DNA of 64,000 nt from a bacterium (GCA_037481695.1 JBBFLE010000002.1:16661-80660), one strand, 5' to 3'; positions 28,427 through 38,310 are shown, numbered from the stretch's first letter. The notes: generated by a model from the letters alone, not told the origin. A program made the numbers and translations.

Positions 28427-29037
28427 TGGAGCTTTTCTTTAAGGGTGTCTTGGTGGGATTTTTTCTGGCTGTTCCCATAGGCCCCATAAACGTGCTGTGC
28501 ATGAGGAGGACTCTGGCCTACGGAAGATTCTCTGGTATTGCTTCGGGGGCAGGGGCTGCTTTGGCCGACGCAGTTTATGGATGGATAGCCGCCTTTGGAG
28601 TGCACTTTGTCTCTGAGACCCTGGTGGGCCATCAGATGTGGCTCCGATTGTTGGGGGGAGCTCTGCTGTGCTATCTGGGGTACCGCACCTTCATGGCCAA
28701 GCCGCAGGTCACAGAGCTTAACAGCAGTGCGGCCGGCCTTCTGGGCCATGCGGTTTCCACCTTTTTGCTGACACTGACCAACCCCATGACCATTGTTTCC
28801 TTTGCAGCCGTTTTCGCAGCCATGGATTTGGGAAGGGCTCAGGCTGGACTCTTGGGCCCCTCTTTGGTTGTGGCAGGGGTCTTCTGGGGTTCCATGGTCT
28901 GGTGGATTGTGCTGGCTGCCATCGTGGGATTCATGAGAGGTCATATGGGGCTGGTGGGTTTAAGATGGGCCAACAGAACATCTGGACTCATCATCGCAGG
29001 CTTCGGGCTGGCCACCATGTTTAGCTTCAAGCTCTAA
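28423..29037 (+). CDS. LysE/RhtB-family amino-acid efflux translocator
   Basis: 204 aa, six predicted TM segments, PIGPINVLCMRR N-terminal motif. ATGA start/stop overlap with the HAD gene. Confidence 0.8.
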   Translation: MMELFFKGVLVGFFLAVPIGPINVLCMRRTLAYGRFSGIASGAGAALADAVYGWIAAFGVHFVSETLVGHQMWLRLLGGALLCYLGYRTFMAKPQVTELNSSAAGLLGHAVSTFLLTLTNPMTIVSFAAVFAAMDLGRAQAGLLGPSLVVAGVFWGSMVWWIVLAAIVGFMRGHMGLVGLRWANRTSGLIIAGFGLATMFSFKL

Positions 29038-29048
29038 GGAGAAGACTC

Positions 29049-30557
29049 TTGGATAAGCTCTTGGAAGCTCTGAGACTTCGCCTTCAGGAGATCTCGGATC
29101 TGGAAGCAGCAGGGGCTTTGCTCTATTGGGATCAGTGCACATACATGCCCCGGGGAGGGGCCAAGGCCAGGGCCAGACAAACGGCCACCCTGGCCAGGCT
29201 GGCTCACCAGAGGTGGGTGGATTCAGGCCTGGGAGAACTCCTGGAGAAGCTCAAGCCCATGGAGGAAAGGCTTCCTTATGAATCCCTGGAGGCCAGTCTC
29301 ATTAGGGTGGCCAGCACAGACCATAAGAGGGCTCTGAGAATTCCCCCTGAGTTCATGGAGACCTTAAACAGCCACGTATCCCAATGCTATGAGGCCTGGA
29401 GGACAGCCAAGTCGGTCAATGACTTCTCCATGGTCAGGCCATTTCTGGAGCGCACCGTGGAGTTGAGCCGCAGGATGGCCGATTTCTTCTCGGGCTGGGA
29501 GCATCCAGCGGATCCCCTCATTGACCTGGCTGATCCAGGGGAAACAGTATCCCGATTGAGGCCTATGTTCTCCAAGCTGAGGGATGAACTGGTGAATCTC
29601 TTAATGGAGATCCGAAAGAGACCTCCTGTGGAAGACTCCTGCCTCAAGGGCGTGTTTCCTGATGAGAAACAACTGGAATTCACCTTGGAGTTGCTGCACG
29701 CCATGGGATACGACCTGGAGCGGGGCAGGCAGGATCTCTCAGCCCATCCTTTCATGATCCGATTGGCCGGGGGAGATGTCAGAATAACCACCCGGGTCCA
29801 CACGGGTTACCTTGCGGAGTCCATCTTCGGCTCCATCCATGAGGCCGGCCACGCCTTGTACGAGCAGGGTATCCCAGAAGAACTGGAAGGAACTCCTTTG
29901 GCCCAAGGAGCCTCGGCGGGTATCCATGAAAGCCAGTCCAGGCTTTGGGAGAACATGGTGGCCAGAAGTTTGCCCTTTTGGAAATTCTTTTACCCGCGGC
30001 TACAAAAAAAATTCCCCCAATTCCTGGAAAAGGTTGATCTGGAATCTTTTTTCAGGGCCATTCATAAGGTGGAGCCGGGCTGCATACGCACACAGGCTGA
30101 TGAGGTGACCTACAACTTGCATGTGATCATAAGGTTTGAGCTGGAACTGGAGCTCTTGGAAGGATCTTTGGCCGTAAAGGATCTTCCAGAGTTATGGGAA
30201 GAGAAATACCAGACACAATTGGGAGTGAAGCCCTCGGATGACAGGGAAGGAGTGCTCCAGGACATGCACTGGTTTTCGGGAACTGTGGGAGGAGCCTTTC
30301 AATGCTATACCTTGGGCAACCTGGCCGCAGCCCAGATGTTCCAAGCAGCCCTAGAGCATGACCCCCAGATTCCTTCCCGCATGGAACAAGGAGACATGTC
30401 CAGCCTCTTGAATTGGTTGAGGCAGCATGTTCATTGCCATGGACGCAAGTTTAAACCAACAGAGTTGCTCAAGATGGCCACAGGTTCAACCCTGAGAGTA
30501 GAGCCGTACCTGGATTACCTGCGGAAAACCTACGGAGGGGTCTATGGATTCTCTTGA
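29049..30557 (+). CDS. M32 carboxypeptidase (carboxypeptidase Taq family)
   Basis: 502 aa with HEAGHALYEQG zinc-binding HExxH, downstream HESQSRLWEN and IRTQADEVTYNLH motifs. Confidence 0.9.
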   Translation: MDKLLEALRLRLQEISDLEAAGALLYWDQCTYMPRGGAKARARQTATLARLAHQRWVDSGLGELLEKLKPMEERLPYESLEASLIRVASTDHKRALRIPPEFMETLNSHVSQCYEAWRTAKSVNDFSMVRPFLERTVELSRRMADFFSGWEHPADPLIDLADPGETVSRLRPMFSKLRDELVNLLMEIRKRPPVEDSCLKGVFPDEKQLEFTLELLHAMGYDLERGRQDLSAHPFMIRLAGGDVRITTRVHTGYLAESIFGSIHEAGHALYEQGIPEELEGTPLAQGASAGIHESQSRLWENMVARSLPFWKFFYPRLQKKFPQFLEKVDLESFFRAIHKVEPGCIRTQADEVTYNLHVIIRFELELELLEGSLAVKDLPELWEEKYQTQLGVKPSDDREGVLQDMHWFSGTVGGAFQCYTLGNLAAAQMFQAALEHDPQIPSRMEQGDMSSLLNWLRQHVHCHGRKFKPTELLKMATGSTLRVEPYLDYLRKTYGGVYGFS

Positions 30558-30963
30558 AGATATGCTTTCCCAGATAGTGCCTGGTTTGGAGGCAGAGGTC
30601 TGCTGGATGGTGGAGGAAAGACACCTGGCAAGCCATTGGGGGAGCGGACTGGCAAGGGTCTTTGGCACCCCTATGTTGGTGGCCCTGTGCGAAGAGGCCT
30701 CTAGGCTGTGCGTTGAGCCGCTGCTGCCTTCCTCCAAGCAGACAGTGGGCACGTGGGTGAGCCTTCGCCATATGGCCGCGACTCCGGCTGGCATGAGAGT
30801 CCGGGCCAAGGCAAAACTGGTGGAGGTCAGAGGCAGAAGGCTCAGATTTGCGGTACAGGCCTGGGATGAGCTGGAAAAGATAGGTGAGGCAGAGCACGAG
30901 CGGGTGATAATCGATTCCTCGGCTTTTCATGAGAGGATAGCGGCCAAGCTCACCAGGGGATAA
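30544..30963 (+). CDS. hotdog-fold thioesterase (FlK-like family)
   Basis: 139-aa ORF overlapping the carboxypeptidase stop by 14 nt. Hotdog-like pattern (GSGLARVFGTPMLVALCEEAS ... VEVRGRRLRFAVQAWDE). Confidence 0.6.
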   Translation: MDSLEDMLSQIVPGLEAEVCWMVEERHLASHWGSGLARVFGTPMLVALCEEASRLCVEPLLPSSKQTVGTWVSLRHMAATPAGMRVRAKAKLVEVRGRRLRFAVQAWDELEKIGEAEHERVIIDSSAFHERIAAKLTRG

Positions 30964-31021
30964 TCAGATCCCCGCTCGGTCATATCAAGACAGTATTGTT
31001 TTGATCAGTTTTGGCCAATGC

Positions 31022-33241
31022 TCACTGCTTCATGGCAGCAGCCAGTTTGCTCTCCAGTTGGGCCAACAACAGCTGTGGCTTTTTGGCCTTTTCCCTCTGG
31101 AAGGTCTCCTCGGCCAGGCCCAAAGTGATCTTCATGGGAACGTTTCTGACCTGCAATGTCTTTCCATCCAGCCCATCCAGAATCCTCTTTCTGACCACTT
31201 GCACACCGCTCTTGCCTGTGAAAGGAAGCAGCAAGGCCACTTTGTTTTCCTCCACACACCCAACCAGATCCACGTCCCTGAGCATGGGCAGAAGGGATTC
31301 CACCAGTGCATTTCTCACCTCGTGGGGTTTGATCATGCCCAGGGGCACTGGCCTGAGGGCCACAGCCCGTTTTACGCTCAGAAAAAGAATTGAGAAAACA
31401 TAAGGATATCTCTGCCCGCGCTTGATCTCTTCCCTCAGCAAGAAAAGGATGGTGTTCTTGTTGTAAGCTCCTTTGGGGGGCTTGTGGGGATCGGGCTCCC
31501 CTGCAGTCAGCCTGGCCCTCTGGGCCAGCGCTGTCTTAAGGGGGGCTGTATCTATTCCCTTGGCTTCCATGGCTTGTATGAGAGAATCCAGCACCTCGGC
31601 CTGCTCTTCCTGGTCTGAGTACGCAGCGCCCACAGCCTGCATGATCATCTGAGCATCCAGTCGGCCATGAGAAGCCTTGCCTCCGGCAAAGAGCTGGAAA
31701 AGCCATTGTCTCTTGAGTTCTTCCAGGTTCCTCAGGTTTCTCTCCCTGACTTCCTGCTCCACCCTCTGCACAACAGAGCTTTGACCGAGCCTGGCTTTGA
31801 GCCTGGATACCAACTCCTCCTGAATCTTGGAGACCACTTCCTGTAGTCTCCCGCCCCCCTCCGGCCCTTCCAGCTGTGCCTGCTCCAGTGCGAGCCCTCC
31901 ACTTACTTGTTCCACATACTCCACCAAGATCTTGACCAAGAGCTCCGGATCCTGTCGATTTCCCATGGATCGGATCTCAGCTGCCAAGGTTATAAGCTCT
32001 GCAGCTCCTTTGGGGTCCTTTCTCATCTCAGCCAGGAGGTCTGCGGCCGAAAGACCTATCTGTTCGGCTCCCTCTTCCAGGATCAGAGCCAGGTGCTCAC
32101 TTTGGAGCTCTCTTTCCAGTTCCCGAATGAGCTGTAGATAGTCGGCCAGAGGCATACCATCGGCCAGCAAAGCCTCCTTCAGCTTGGGCAACAGTCGCTT
32201 GAGTTCCCTCAGGTCAGGCATCATTCTTCTCAGTATCTGTGCAAGCCTCTTTACGGATATCTGTCCCTTTCTGTATTCCTCCCTCACCAGCTGTACCATG
32301 ACCTGATCTGTGAGATCGTCCATCTCTCGGCTGAGAGCATCCTGGTCAGCCAAGATCTCACCTTTCTTGGTTCGGACCTCCACTCCTTCCTGGACTTCCT
32401 CCCGCAACTTGAACACAGCTTCCACCAGGGCTCCCATGGCCTGGGTGCTCTTCAACTCCTCCTGGGGCTTCTCCAGTTCGGCTCTTAGCTTCCGGATACC
32501 TTGAATCAAGGCCTGGCCTCTTGCATCAGGCTGCTCGGGTAAGGCCGAGGATTCCGTTCCTGTACCCAGGAGCTTTCTGGTCACCGCAGATGGATCCTCC
32601 ACCAGTTGTGCCAAGCTCAGATCTTGAAAGAATCTCTCGAAAAAGCTCTCCTCCTCGGACAGCACCCTTTGCTGGGAAGCCTCCTTGGGAGACCCCTCCG
32701 CATCGCCCATGTCTATGATGATCTGGCTGAAGCCCGCCCCGCCCGTGGAACGCAGAAGCTCCTCACGATCTACCACCTCTTCGTCGGCGGTCATCTTCTT
32801 GAAAAACACATGGTTTATCCGGATATTCTGCACAGCCTGTCTGACGAGCCCCTGTTTCATCTGCTCCGCAGTGGGATAGATCTTGGAGTCCGCGAAAACC
32901 CTCGTGAAGGAAGCCAGTTCCTTCTGGCTCAGGCCGCGGTCAAATGACACAGATTGCACCCCGGCCTTTTTCATGTGGGAGATCAGCCGCTGAGCGCTCA
33001 CACGAGGATCCAACGCCTCCTCTTCCACATAGATCCTCTCCCTTTCCAATACAATGGTCAGAGGGGATACGAATCTGAGCCCTTCTTGCAAGGCTTCGGC
33101 CAGCAGTTGCAAGGTCTCTTTGGTGCTGGGATGATCTATGCTGTACATGCTAGCCCGGTTGAAAAGCAAGTTGAAGATCCTGCCCACACGATCCGCCACG
33201 TTGGGTGGAAGAGACCGGCCTGGTTGTGACTTATCGCTCAT
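31022..33241 (-). CDS. large hypothetical signalling protein with degenerate GGDEF-like C-terminal domain
   Basis: 739 aa. Long Glu/Leu-rich coiled-coil middle. C-terminus resembles a GGDEF fold with the signature replaced (FSILFLSV ... DLVGCVEENKVALLLPFT). Co-directional with the upstream Ser/Thr kinase. Confidence 0.6.
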   Translation of the reverse strand: MSDKSQPGRSLPPNVADRVGRIFNLLFNRASMYSIDHPSTKETLQLLAEALQEGLRFVSPLTIVLERERIYVEEEALDPRVSAQRLISHMKKAGVQSVSFDRGLSQKELASFTRVFADSKIYPTAEQMKQGLVRQAVQNIRINHVFFKKMTADEEVVDREELLRSTGGAGFSQIIIDMGDAEGSPKEASQQRVLSEEESFFERFFQDLSLAQLVEDPSAVTRKLLGTGTESSALPEQPDARGQALIQGIRKLRAELEKPQEELKSTQAMGALVEAVFKLREEVQEGVEVRTKKGEILADQDALSREMDDLTDQVMVQLVREEYRKGQISVKRLAQILRRMMPDLRELKRLLPKLKEALLADGMPLADYLQLIRELERELQSEHLALILEEGAEQIGLSAADLLAEMRKDPKGAAELITLAAEIRSMGNRQDPELLVKILVEYVEQVSGGLALEQAQLEGPEGGGRLQEVVSKIQEELVSRLKARLGQSSVVQRVEQEVRERNLRNLEELKRQWLFQLFAGGKASHGRLDAQMIMQAVGAAYSDQEEQAEVLDSLIQAMEAKGIDTAPLKTALAQRARLTAGEPDPHKPPKGAYNKNTILFLLREEIKRGQRYPYVFSILFLSVKRAVALRPVPLGMIKPHEVRNALVESLLPMLRDVDLVGCVEENKVALLLPFTGKSGVQVVRKRILDGLDGKTLQVRNVPMKITLGLAEETFQREKAKKPQLLLAQLESKLAAAMKQ

Positions 33242-33435
33242 GACTCAGCCTTCCCAACCCGCCTCTTTCTAGGAAATTCCATGTGGCGGGCTCTTCCGTG
33301 GGTGTGATCCGCCCATACAAGGCTCCTGGGATCAGACCGCTCTTTTGACCGGGAGAAGTGACCTCTAGCCCCATGCTCCTTCGTGACCTCTGGGGGAAGG
33401 ATAAGAAATCTCCCCCTGCTCGCCCATCCAACCTC

Positions 33436-34353
33436 TCACTTCTGTTGGGCCCTCTGCTCCATGGCATGTAAGCGCTTGGAGCTGTACTCCTTTAATGCAT
33501 TGGCAAACTCTTTGCAGTCGCAGAAGCGATCATCGGGCCTCAGGGATATGGCCTTTAGAATTATCGCTTCCAGTTCCTTGTCCACCCTGGGATGGCACTG
33601 GGAGGGCATCTTGCTGAACATGCCCAGGGGCTCGCTTACCTTTCTCTGGCGCAGCTTTCCCACAGGCTCAGGATAAATGGGCAGAGTTCCCACTGCCATC
33701 TCAAAAAGTATTACCCCCACGGCATATATGTCCGCCCGGCCGTCTACCTCTTGGCTCATGGCCTGCTCAGGAGCCATGTAAAGAGGAGTGCCCAGGGCAC
33801 GGCCCTGGTCCAGATCTTCACCCCGAAGCTCTTTGGCTATACCAAAGTCTGAAAGCAGAACCCGGCTGGTCTTGGCCTCTAGGAGAATGTTGGCGGGTTT
33901 TATGTCACGATGAATCACTTCCTCTTCATGGGCATAGGAAAGAGCATCTAACACCTGCAAGAGGATCCTGATGCCCTCTCCCATAGGAATGAGGCGCTTG
34001 GAGGGAACCGGGTGTTTGCGCGCCCGCTCCAGGATCTGGGAGAGGGCCATGCCCTTGACCAGCTGCATCACCATGAAGTAGAGCTCTTCGGTCTCTCCCA
34101 CCTCGTAGATGGGGATGATGTGAGGATGGGTCAAGATGGCGGCTGTCTCAGCCTCCTGTCTGAACCTTGCCCCGGCCACAGGGTCTACTACCAGGGCCTT
34201 GGGCAACACCTTCACGGCTACAGGTCGCTTGAGGGTGGTCTGATAGCCCAGGCAAACTATGCCCATGCTGCCCCTGCCTAGTTCCTTTATGATCCTGCAG
34301 GTGCCCAAAGTTGAGCCCACCAAATGATCCACCGAGACGCGAGCCAAGGCCAT
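33436..34353 (-). CDS. Hanks-type serine/threonine protein kinase (kinase domain only)
   Basis: 305 aa with GRGSMGIV glycine loop, VAVK lysine, HRDIKPANILL catalytic loop, DFG and APE motifs. Confidence 0.9.
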   Translation of the reverse strand: MALARVSVDHLVGSTLGTCRIIKELGRGSMGIVCLGYQTTLKRPVAVKVLPKALVVDPVAGARFRQEAETAAILTHPHIIPIYEVGETEELYFMVMQLVKGMALSQILERARKHPVPSKRLIPMGEGIRILLQVLDALSYAHEEEVIHRDIKPANILLEAKTSRVLLSDFGIAKELRGEDLDQGRALGTPLYMAPEQAMSQEVDGRADIYAVGVILFEMAVGTLPIYPEPVGKLRQRKVSEPLGMFSKMPSQCHPRVDKELEAIILKAISLRPDDRFCDCKEFANALKEYSSKRLHAMEQRAQQK

Positions 34354-34400
34354 GAGAACACCTTCCCTAGGTCTTTATGAACTACAATGCTTGGGCTTTC

Positions 34401-35000
34401 TCAAAGATCCCTTCTGTTTTCCAATGCCTTGCCCAGGGTCACCCTGTCTGCATACTGCAGGTCCCCTCCGGCCGGAAGCCCGTAAGCTATGCGCGTCACT
34501 CTGACCCCCAAGGGTTTGAGAAGCTTTGCCAGGTAAAGGGAAGTGGCCTCCCCTTCCACCGACGGGTTCAGGGCCAAGATCACTTCCCGAATCCCGCCGG
34601 CCTTCACACGCTCCATCAACTCTGTGATCTTAAGCTCTTGAGGCCCCACACCTTCCAGGGGGGATAGCACCCCCTGAAGCACATGGTAAAGCCCCTTGAA
34701 GCCGTGGCTGGTCTCGATGGCCATGAGATCACCCGGATCTTCCACCACGCAAAGCTGACCTGTGTGCCTGGAGGAGTCCTGACATACGCTGCAAAGCTCC
34801 TGGTCCGTGAAGTTGAAGCAAAGGGAGCAGGTCCGGATCTTGCGTTTGACCTCCATGATGGCTCTTGCCAATGCCTCCATTTCTTCTGTGGGGGATCTCA
34901 ATATAAAAAGGGCCAGTCTTGTGGCAGATTTCTCCCCCACGCCAGGAAGCTTTGTCAGGTTGCGAATCAGGTTCTCAACAGGCTTGGCATAAGAACTCAT
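34401..35000 (-). CDS. recR: recombination protein RecR
   Basis: 199 aa with helix-hairpin-helix N-terminus (LPGVGEKSATRLA), C4 zinc finger (CSLC...CSVC) and Toprim domain. Confidence 0.92.
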   Translation of the reverse strand: MSSYAKPVENLIRNLTKLPGVGEKSATRLALFILRSPTEEMEALARAIMEVKRKIRTCSLCFNFTDQELCSVCQDSSRHTGQLCVVEDPGDLMAIETSHGFKGLYHVLQGVLSPLEGVGPQELKITELMERVKAGGIREVILALNPSVEGEATSLYLAKLLKPLGVRVTRIAYGLPAGGDLQYADRVTLGKALENRRDL

Positions 35001-35020
35001 GAGTTTCCCCCTGGAATTCC

Positions 35021-35341
35021 TCAGCCCAAAAGGCCTGGAATTCGGCCTGCCAAGCCTGCCGGGATGATCTTGCTCATCTCCTCCTGCACAAGCCTCTGAG
35101 CTCTATTTTTAGCCTCCCCGATGGCCGCCAGAATGAGATCCTGCAACATCTCCACCTCTTGGGGATTGACCACCTGCGGGTCTATTCTGATCTCCACCAG
35201 CTCACCGTGGCCGTTCATGACCGCCGTAACCATTCCCCCCCCTGAAGAGGCTTCAATACGTTGGGCTTGAAGCTCCTCCTGGATACGGGCTATCTCCGAC
35301 TGAATCTTGGCTATCTTGCCCAAATCTCCAAAGCCTTTCAC
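35021..35341 (-). CDS. ybaB: YbaB/EbfC-family nucleoid-associated protein
   Basis: 106 aa (MKGFGDLGKIAKIQSEIARIQEEL ... GGGMVTAVMNGHGELVEIRIDP) in the conserved dnaX-ybaB-recR arrangement. Confidence 0.9.
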   Translation of the reverse strand: MKGFGDLGKIAKIQSEIARIQEELQAQRIEASSGGGMVTAVMNGHGELVEIRIDPQVVNPQEVEMLQDLILAAIGEAKNRAQRLVQEEMSKIIPAGLAGRIPGLLG

Positions 35342-35486
35342 GCAGATTCTCCTTTTGCTTTTTCTGAGACCTCAATAGGAGGCCTTCCTTCCCACTGCCG
35401 GCTCATTTGCAGGTCTCCTCAAAGAGTATAACCCAAACAATGCCCTGGGCCGACAAACACGGCTTAACGGCCCAAGCCCACCCTGA

Positions 35487-37112
35487 TCATTGGGAAAGCT
35501 CCTTGTCTGGCCCTGAAGCCTGCCTCACCTCCACCACCTTGGCTCCCAGCAGCTCTATGGCTTTCTGGACCATGGGATGATTCCTTGCCTCCAACTCTGC
35601 CATCCTTTGTTGCCTGAGATGGTTTTCTCTGCATTGAGGCTGGGAATCCAGCACAGCCACCACTTTCAATTTCCGGCCGAAGAACTCCATACAGAACTGC
35701 TCAAGGGTGCGAGTTTGCTCCCCCTGGGAGACCCTGTCCATATGAAATCTACTGGGAAAGCCCAGGCGAACCATATCGCCTTGGGAACATTCCATGAAAC
35801 TGGCCTGTTCCAGCACAGAGGCCAATGCAGGCTTCAGGACCTTCACATGCTCCAGAAAGGCCCCCCAGGTTTCCTTGTTGATATCCCTCGAGGGACTCTG
35901 CAATTTCTCCCAAGACTCTCCGCCAGCGGTCCCCTGCACGGGGCCTGAGGAAGCATTCAGGCTGGCCTGAAAGCCTGAGCTCAACTTGGCCAACCCCTCT
36001 AAGAGCTCCTCCATGTCTGCCACATGCTCCAAGGTGGCCATCCTGACCAATAGCATCTCCAGCACATACCGTGGGAAGGCCGAGCGGCGTATCTCCTCCT
36101 CTGCCTTGGCAAGTATGTCAAACCATAGCTGCAGGTCTTCTGCCGAGAGCTTATCTGCTTGCTCCTTGAGCGCAGCCACCTCGTGGTCCGCCAAGGGCAG
36201 GATCCTTGAGACCTCAGGAGTCACCTTGGCCACCAGAAGATTGCGAACGTGCTCTACAAGCTCATAGTAGAAGTGCTGGAGGGAGTGACCCAGATCAAAA
36301 AGCTCCTCTACTACCAAGAGACACCCCCTAGGGTCCTTGTTAATCAGGGCCTCGGAGGTACGGTAGAGCCATCTGCGATCCAGCACTCCCAGCACCTCCA
36401 TCACCGCACTCTGTTCTATTCTCTGGCCTGCATAGGCCACCAGCTGATCCAGAAGGCTTTGAGCATCTCTCAGGCTGCCCTGGGCCTCTCTGGCTACTGT
36501 GGCCAGCACTTCGGTGGGGGCATCTATGCTTTCCGCCGTGCAGATTCGCTGTAGGTGACTCACTATTTCCTTTAGGGATATCCGCCTGAAGTCGAATCTC
36601 TGGCACCTGGAGAGAATGGTGGCCGGAATCTTGTGCACCTCTGTGGTGGCAAACATGAAGACCACATGGGCTGGTGGTTCTTCCAGGGTTTTCAGCAGCG
36701 CATTGAAAGCCTGGGTGGAGAGCATGTGCACTTCGTCGATGATGTACACTCGGAACCGCCCTTTTGACGGCCTGTAACGAAGCCCCTCTCTTATGTCCCT
36801 TATGTTTTCAACGCTGGTGTGGGAAGCCCCGTCGATCTCCTGCACATCCATGGAGATCCCTTGGGCCACCTCCCTGCAGGATGTACAGCTCCCGCATGGT
36901 TCTGCAGTGGGACCAGACTCGCAGTTCAAGGCCTTGGCAAGTATTCTGGCTACCGTGGTCTTGCCCACTCCCCTGGGCCCGCTGAACAGATAGGCGTGGG
37001 CGATCCTCTCCTGCCGGATGGCGTTCTGGAGTGTGCGGGTGACATGACTCTGTCCCACCACTTCTTGGAAGGTCTGCGGCCTCCAACGACGGGCCAACAC
37101 CACGTATGCCAT
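35487..37112 (-). CDS. dnaX: DNA polymerase III subunit gamma/tau
   Basis: Start at the ATG at 37112 (MAYVVLARRWRPQTFQEVVGQ). Walker A GPRGVGKTT, zinc module CGSCTSC, DEVHML box. The track ORF extends upstream to 37364 but that prefix is non-conserved. Confidence 0.9.
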   Translation of the reverse strand: MAYVVLARRWRPQTFQEVVGQSHVTRTLQNAIRQERIAHAYLFSGPRGVGKTTVARILAKALNCESGPTAEPCGSCTSCREVAQGISMDVQEIDGASHTSVENIRDIREGLRYRPSKGRFRVYIIDEVHMLSTQAFNALLKTLEEPPAHVVFMFATTEVHKIPATILSRCQRFDFRRISLKEIVSHLQRICTAESIDAPTEVLATVAREAQGSLRDAQSLLDQLVAYAGQRIEQSAVMEVLGVLDRRWLYRTSEALINKDPRGCLLVVEELFDLGHSLQHFYYELVEHVRNLLVAKVTPEVSRILPLADHEVAALKEQADKLSAEDLQLWFDILAKAEEEIRRSAFPRYVLEMLLVRMATLEHVADMEELLEGLAKLSSGFQASLNASSGPVQGTAGGESWEKLQSPSRDINKETWGAFLEHVKVLKPALASVLEQASFMECSQGDMVRLGFPSRFHMDRVSQGEQTRTLEQFCMEFFGRKLKVVAVLDSQPQCRENHLRQQRMAELEARNHPMVQKAIELLGAKVVEVRQASGPDKELSQ

Positions 37113-37324
37113 GGCCCAGTTCCTCGCTACCCAACAGTGAGCCTTAACCAGGAAGACAAACAGGGAAAAGACCCTGCCGGTACAGGTGACCCTGCACACC
37201 CAAGTGATGATAAGGTCTTCCAAAGCCTCCAGCAAAATCGGGGCCGCCCTTGCATTGACCTCGAGTCCCCCATGACCCTTCGGCCCATGCCATTGGGGCC
37301 CCTCAGAGGATCCTTCCAGGTGGG

Positions 37325-37460
37325 GCGGGTGGACAGGGTTGATAGCTAGGCACCCCTGCAGCACACGAGGAAGTTACGGCCGCTGCTTCCTCCCGGACCT
37401 GACGGGGTTGGTAACCCCTCGTCGCACAGGACCCAGCTATCAACTCTGCCCACCCGCTGC
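37325..37460 (-). ncRNA. ffs: signal recognition particle RNA (small 4.5S-type)
   Basis: The minus strand reads ...GUCAGGUCCGGGAGGAAGCAGCGG..., matching the conserved SRP RNA domain IV motif. Flanked by complementary arms (GGGUGGGCAGAGUUGAUAGCUGGG / CCUAGCUAUCAACCCUGUCCACCCGCC) forming the long closing helix. Upstream of dnaX as in many bacteria. Ends approximate to about 5 nt. Confidence 0.7.
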
Positions 37461-37612
37461 CTTCTGCACGGTCGGCTTTCCGGACCCACCCACCGCATTC
37501 TCAGAGACCGGCCCATGAGCTCACAGTCTCAAGATCATGGGCCATTTACAAAGCCCAATCTCTGGAATCGGCACGAGGATCTTGCAATTGCCGGCCTTTT
37601 GCTTGAAAACAC

Positions 37613-37707
37613 TGGCGGAGAGAGAGGGATTCGAACCCTCGGTACACCTTTTTGGATGTACACACGATTTCCAATCGTGCCCCTTCAGCCAACTCGGGCA
37701 TCTCTCC
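37613..37707 (-). tRNA. tRNA-Ser (anticodon GGA), type II with long variable arm, CCA encoded
   Basis: Minus strand folds as acceptor GGAGAGA/UCUCUCC, anticodon stem CACGA/UCGUG with loop UUGGAAA (GGA), long variable arm, T-loop GGUUCGAAUCC, discriminator G and 3' CCA. Confidence 0.85.
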
Positions 37708-37728
37708 ATGAAAGCGCATGCTTTTCCA

Positions 37729-37822
37729 TGGCGGAGAGAGAGGGATTCGAACCCCCGGTCCACCTCGCGGTGGACAACTGATTTCGAATCAGCCGCCTTC
37801 AGCCAAACTCGGCCATCTCTCC
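37729..37822 (-). tRNA. tRNA-Ser (anticodon CGA), type II with long variable arm, CCA encoded
   Basis: Minus strand has the same acceptor and T arms as the neighbouring tRNA, anticodon stem GCUGA/UCAGU with loop UUCGAAA (CGA), long variable arm. Confidence 0.85.
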
Positions 37823-38310
37823 GTCTTGTAAAGCAGTTTTTGCCTCTGTCTCAACCTCTCAAAAAAGGAGCTCATCAGGCCTCTGCACTGGGCCTCCAGC
37901 ACTCCGCAGTTGACCTCCAGCCTGTGATTGAGCCTTCCATCGGAGTGTATGGAGTACCTGGAGCCCATGGCCCCTGCCTTTGGATCAGCGCACCCATAGA
38001 CCACCCGCTCCAGCCTGGCCAGGTGAAGTGCTCCCGTACACATGACACAAGGCTCCACGGTCACGTAGAGCCTGGCCCCCAAGAGCCTGTAATTGCCTTT
38101 TCTGGAGCAGGCATCCCTCAAGGCCAAAATTTCTGCATGGGCCGTGGGATCACAGAGCTCCTCACAACGGTTGTGGGCCCTTGCCACAACCTCCCCTTCC
38201 ATGACCAGCACTGCACCTACTGGGACCTCGCCCTCTTGGAAGGCCTCCATTGCCTGCTGAAGAGCCATCCTCATGTAATCCTCATCCCTCATCTCCTGCG
38301 GCCTATCCAT
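37789..38310 (-). CDS. tadA: tRNA-specific adenosine(34) deaminase
   Basis: 173 aa with CDA-fold zinc motifs HAEILALR and PCVMCTGAL. The ORF as drawn has its last ~11 codons inside the 5' part of tRNA-Ser(CGA). Confidence 0.88.
   Translation of the reverse strand: MDRPQEMRDEDYMRMALQQAMEAFQEGEVPVGAVLVMEGEVVARAHNRCEELCDPTAHAEILALRDACSRKGNYRLLGARLYVTVEPCVMCTGALHLARLERVVYGCADPKAGAMGSRYSIHSDGRLNHRLEVNCGVLEAQCRGLMSSFFERLRQRQKLLYKTERWPSLAEGG

Noticed and set aside
35487-37364. Full 625-aa dnaX ORF as given in the track
   Set aside because: The N-terminal 84 codons are non-conserved and would encroach on the SRP RNA flank; the internal ATG at 37112 gives the canonical DnaX N-terminus.
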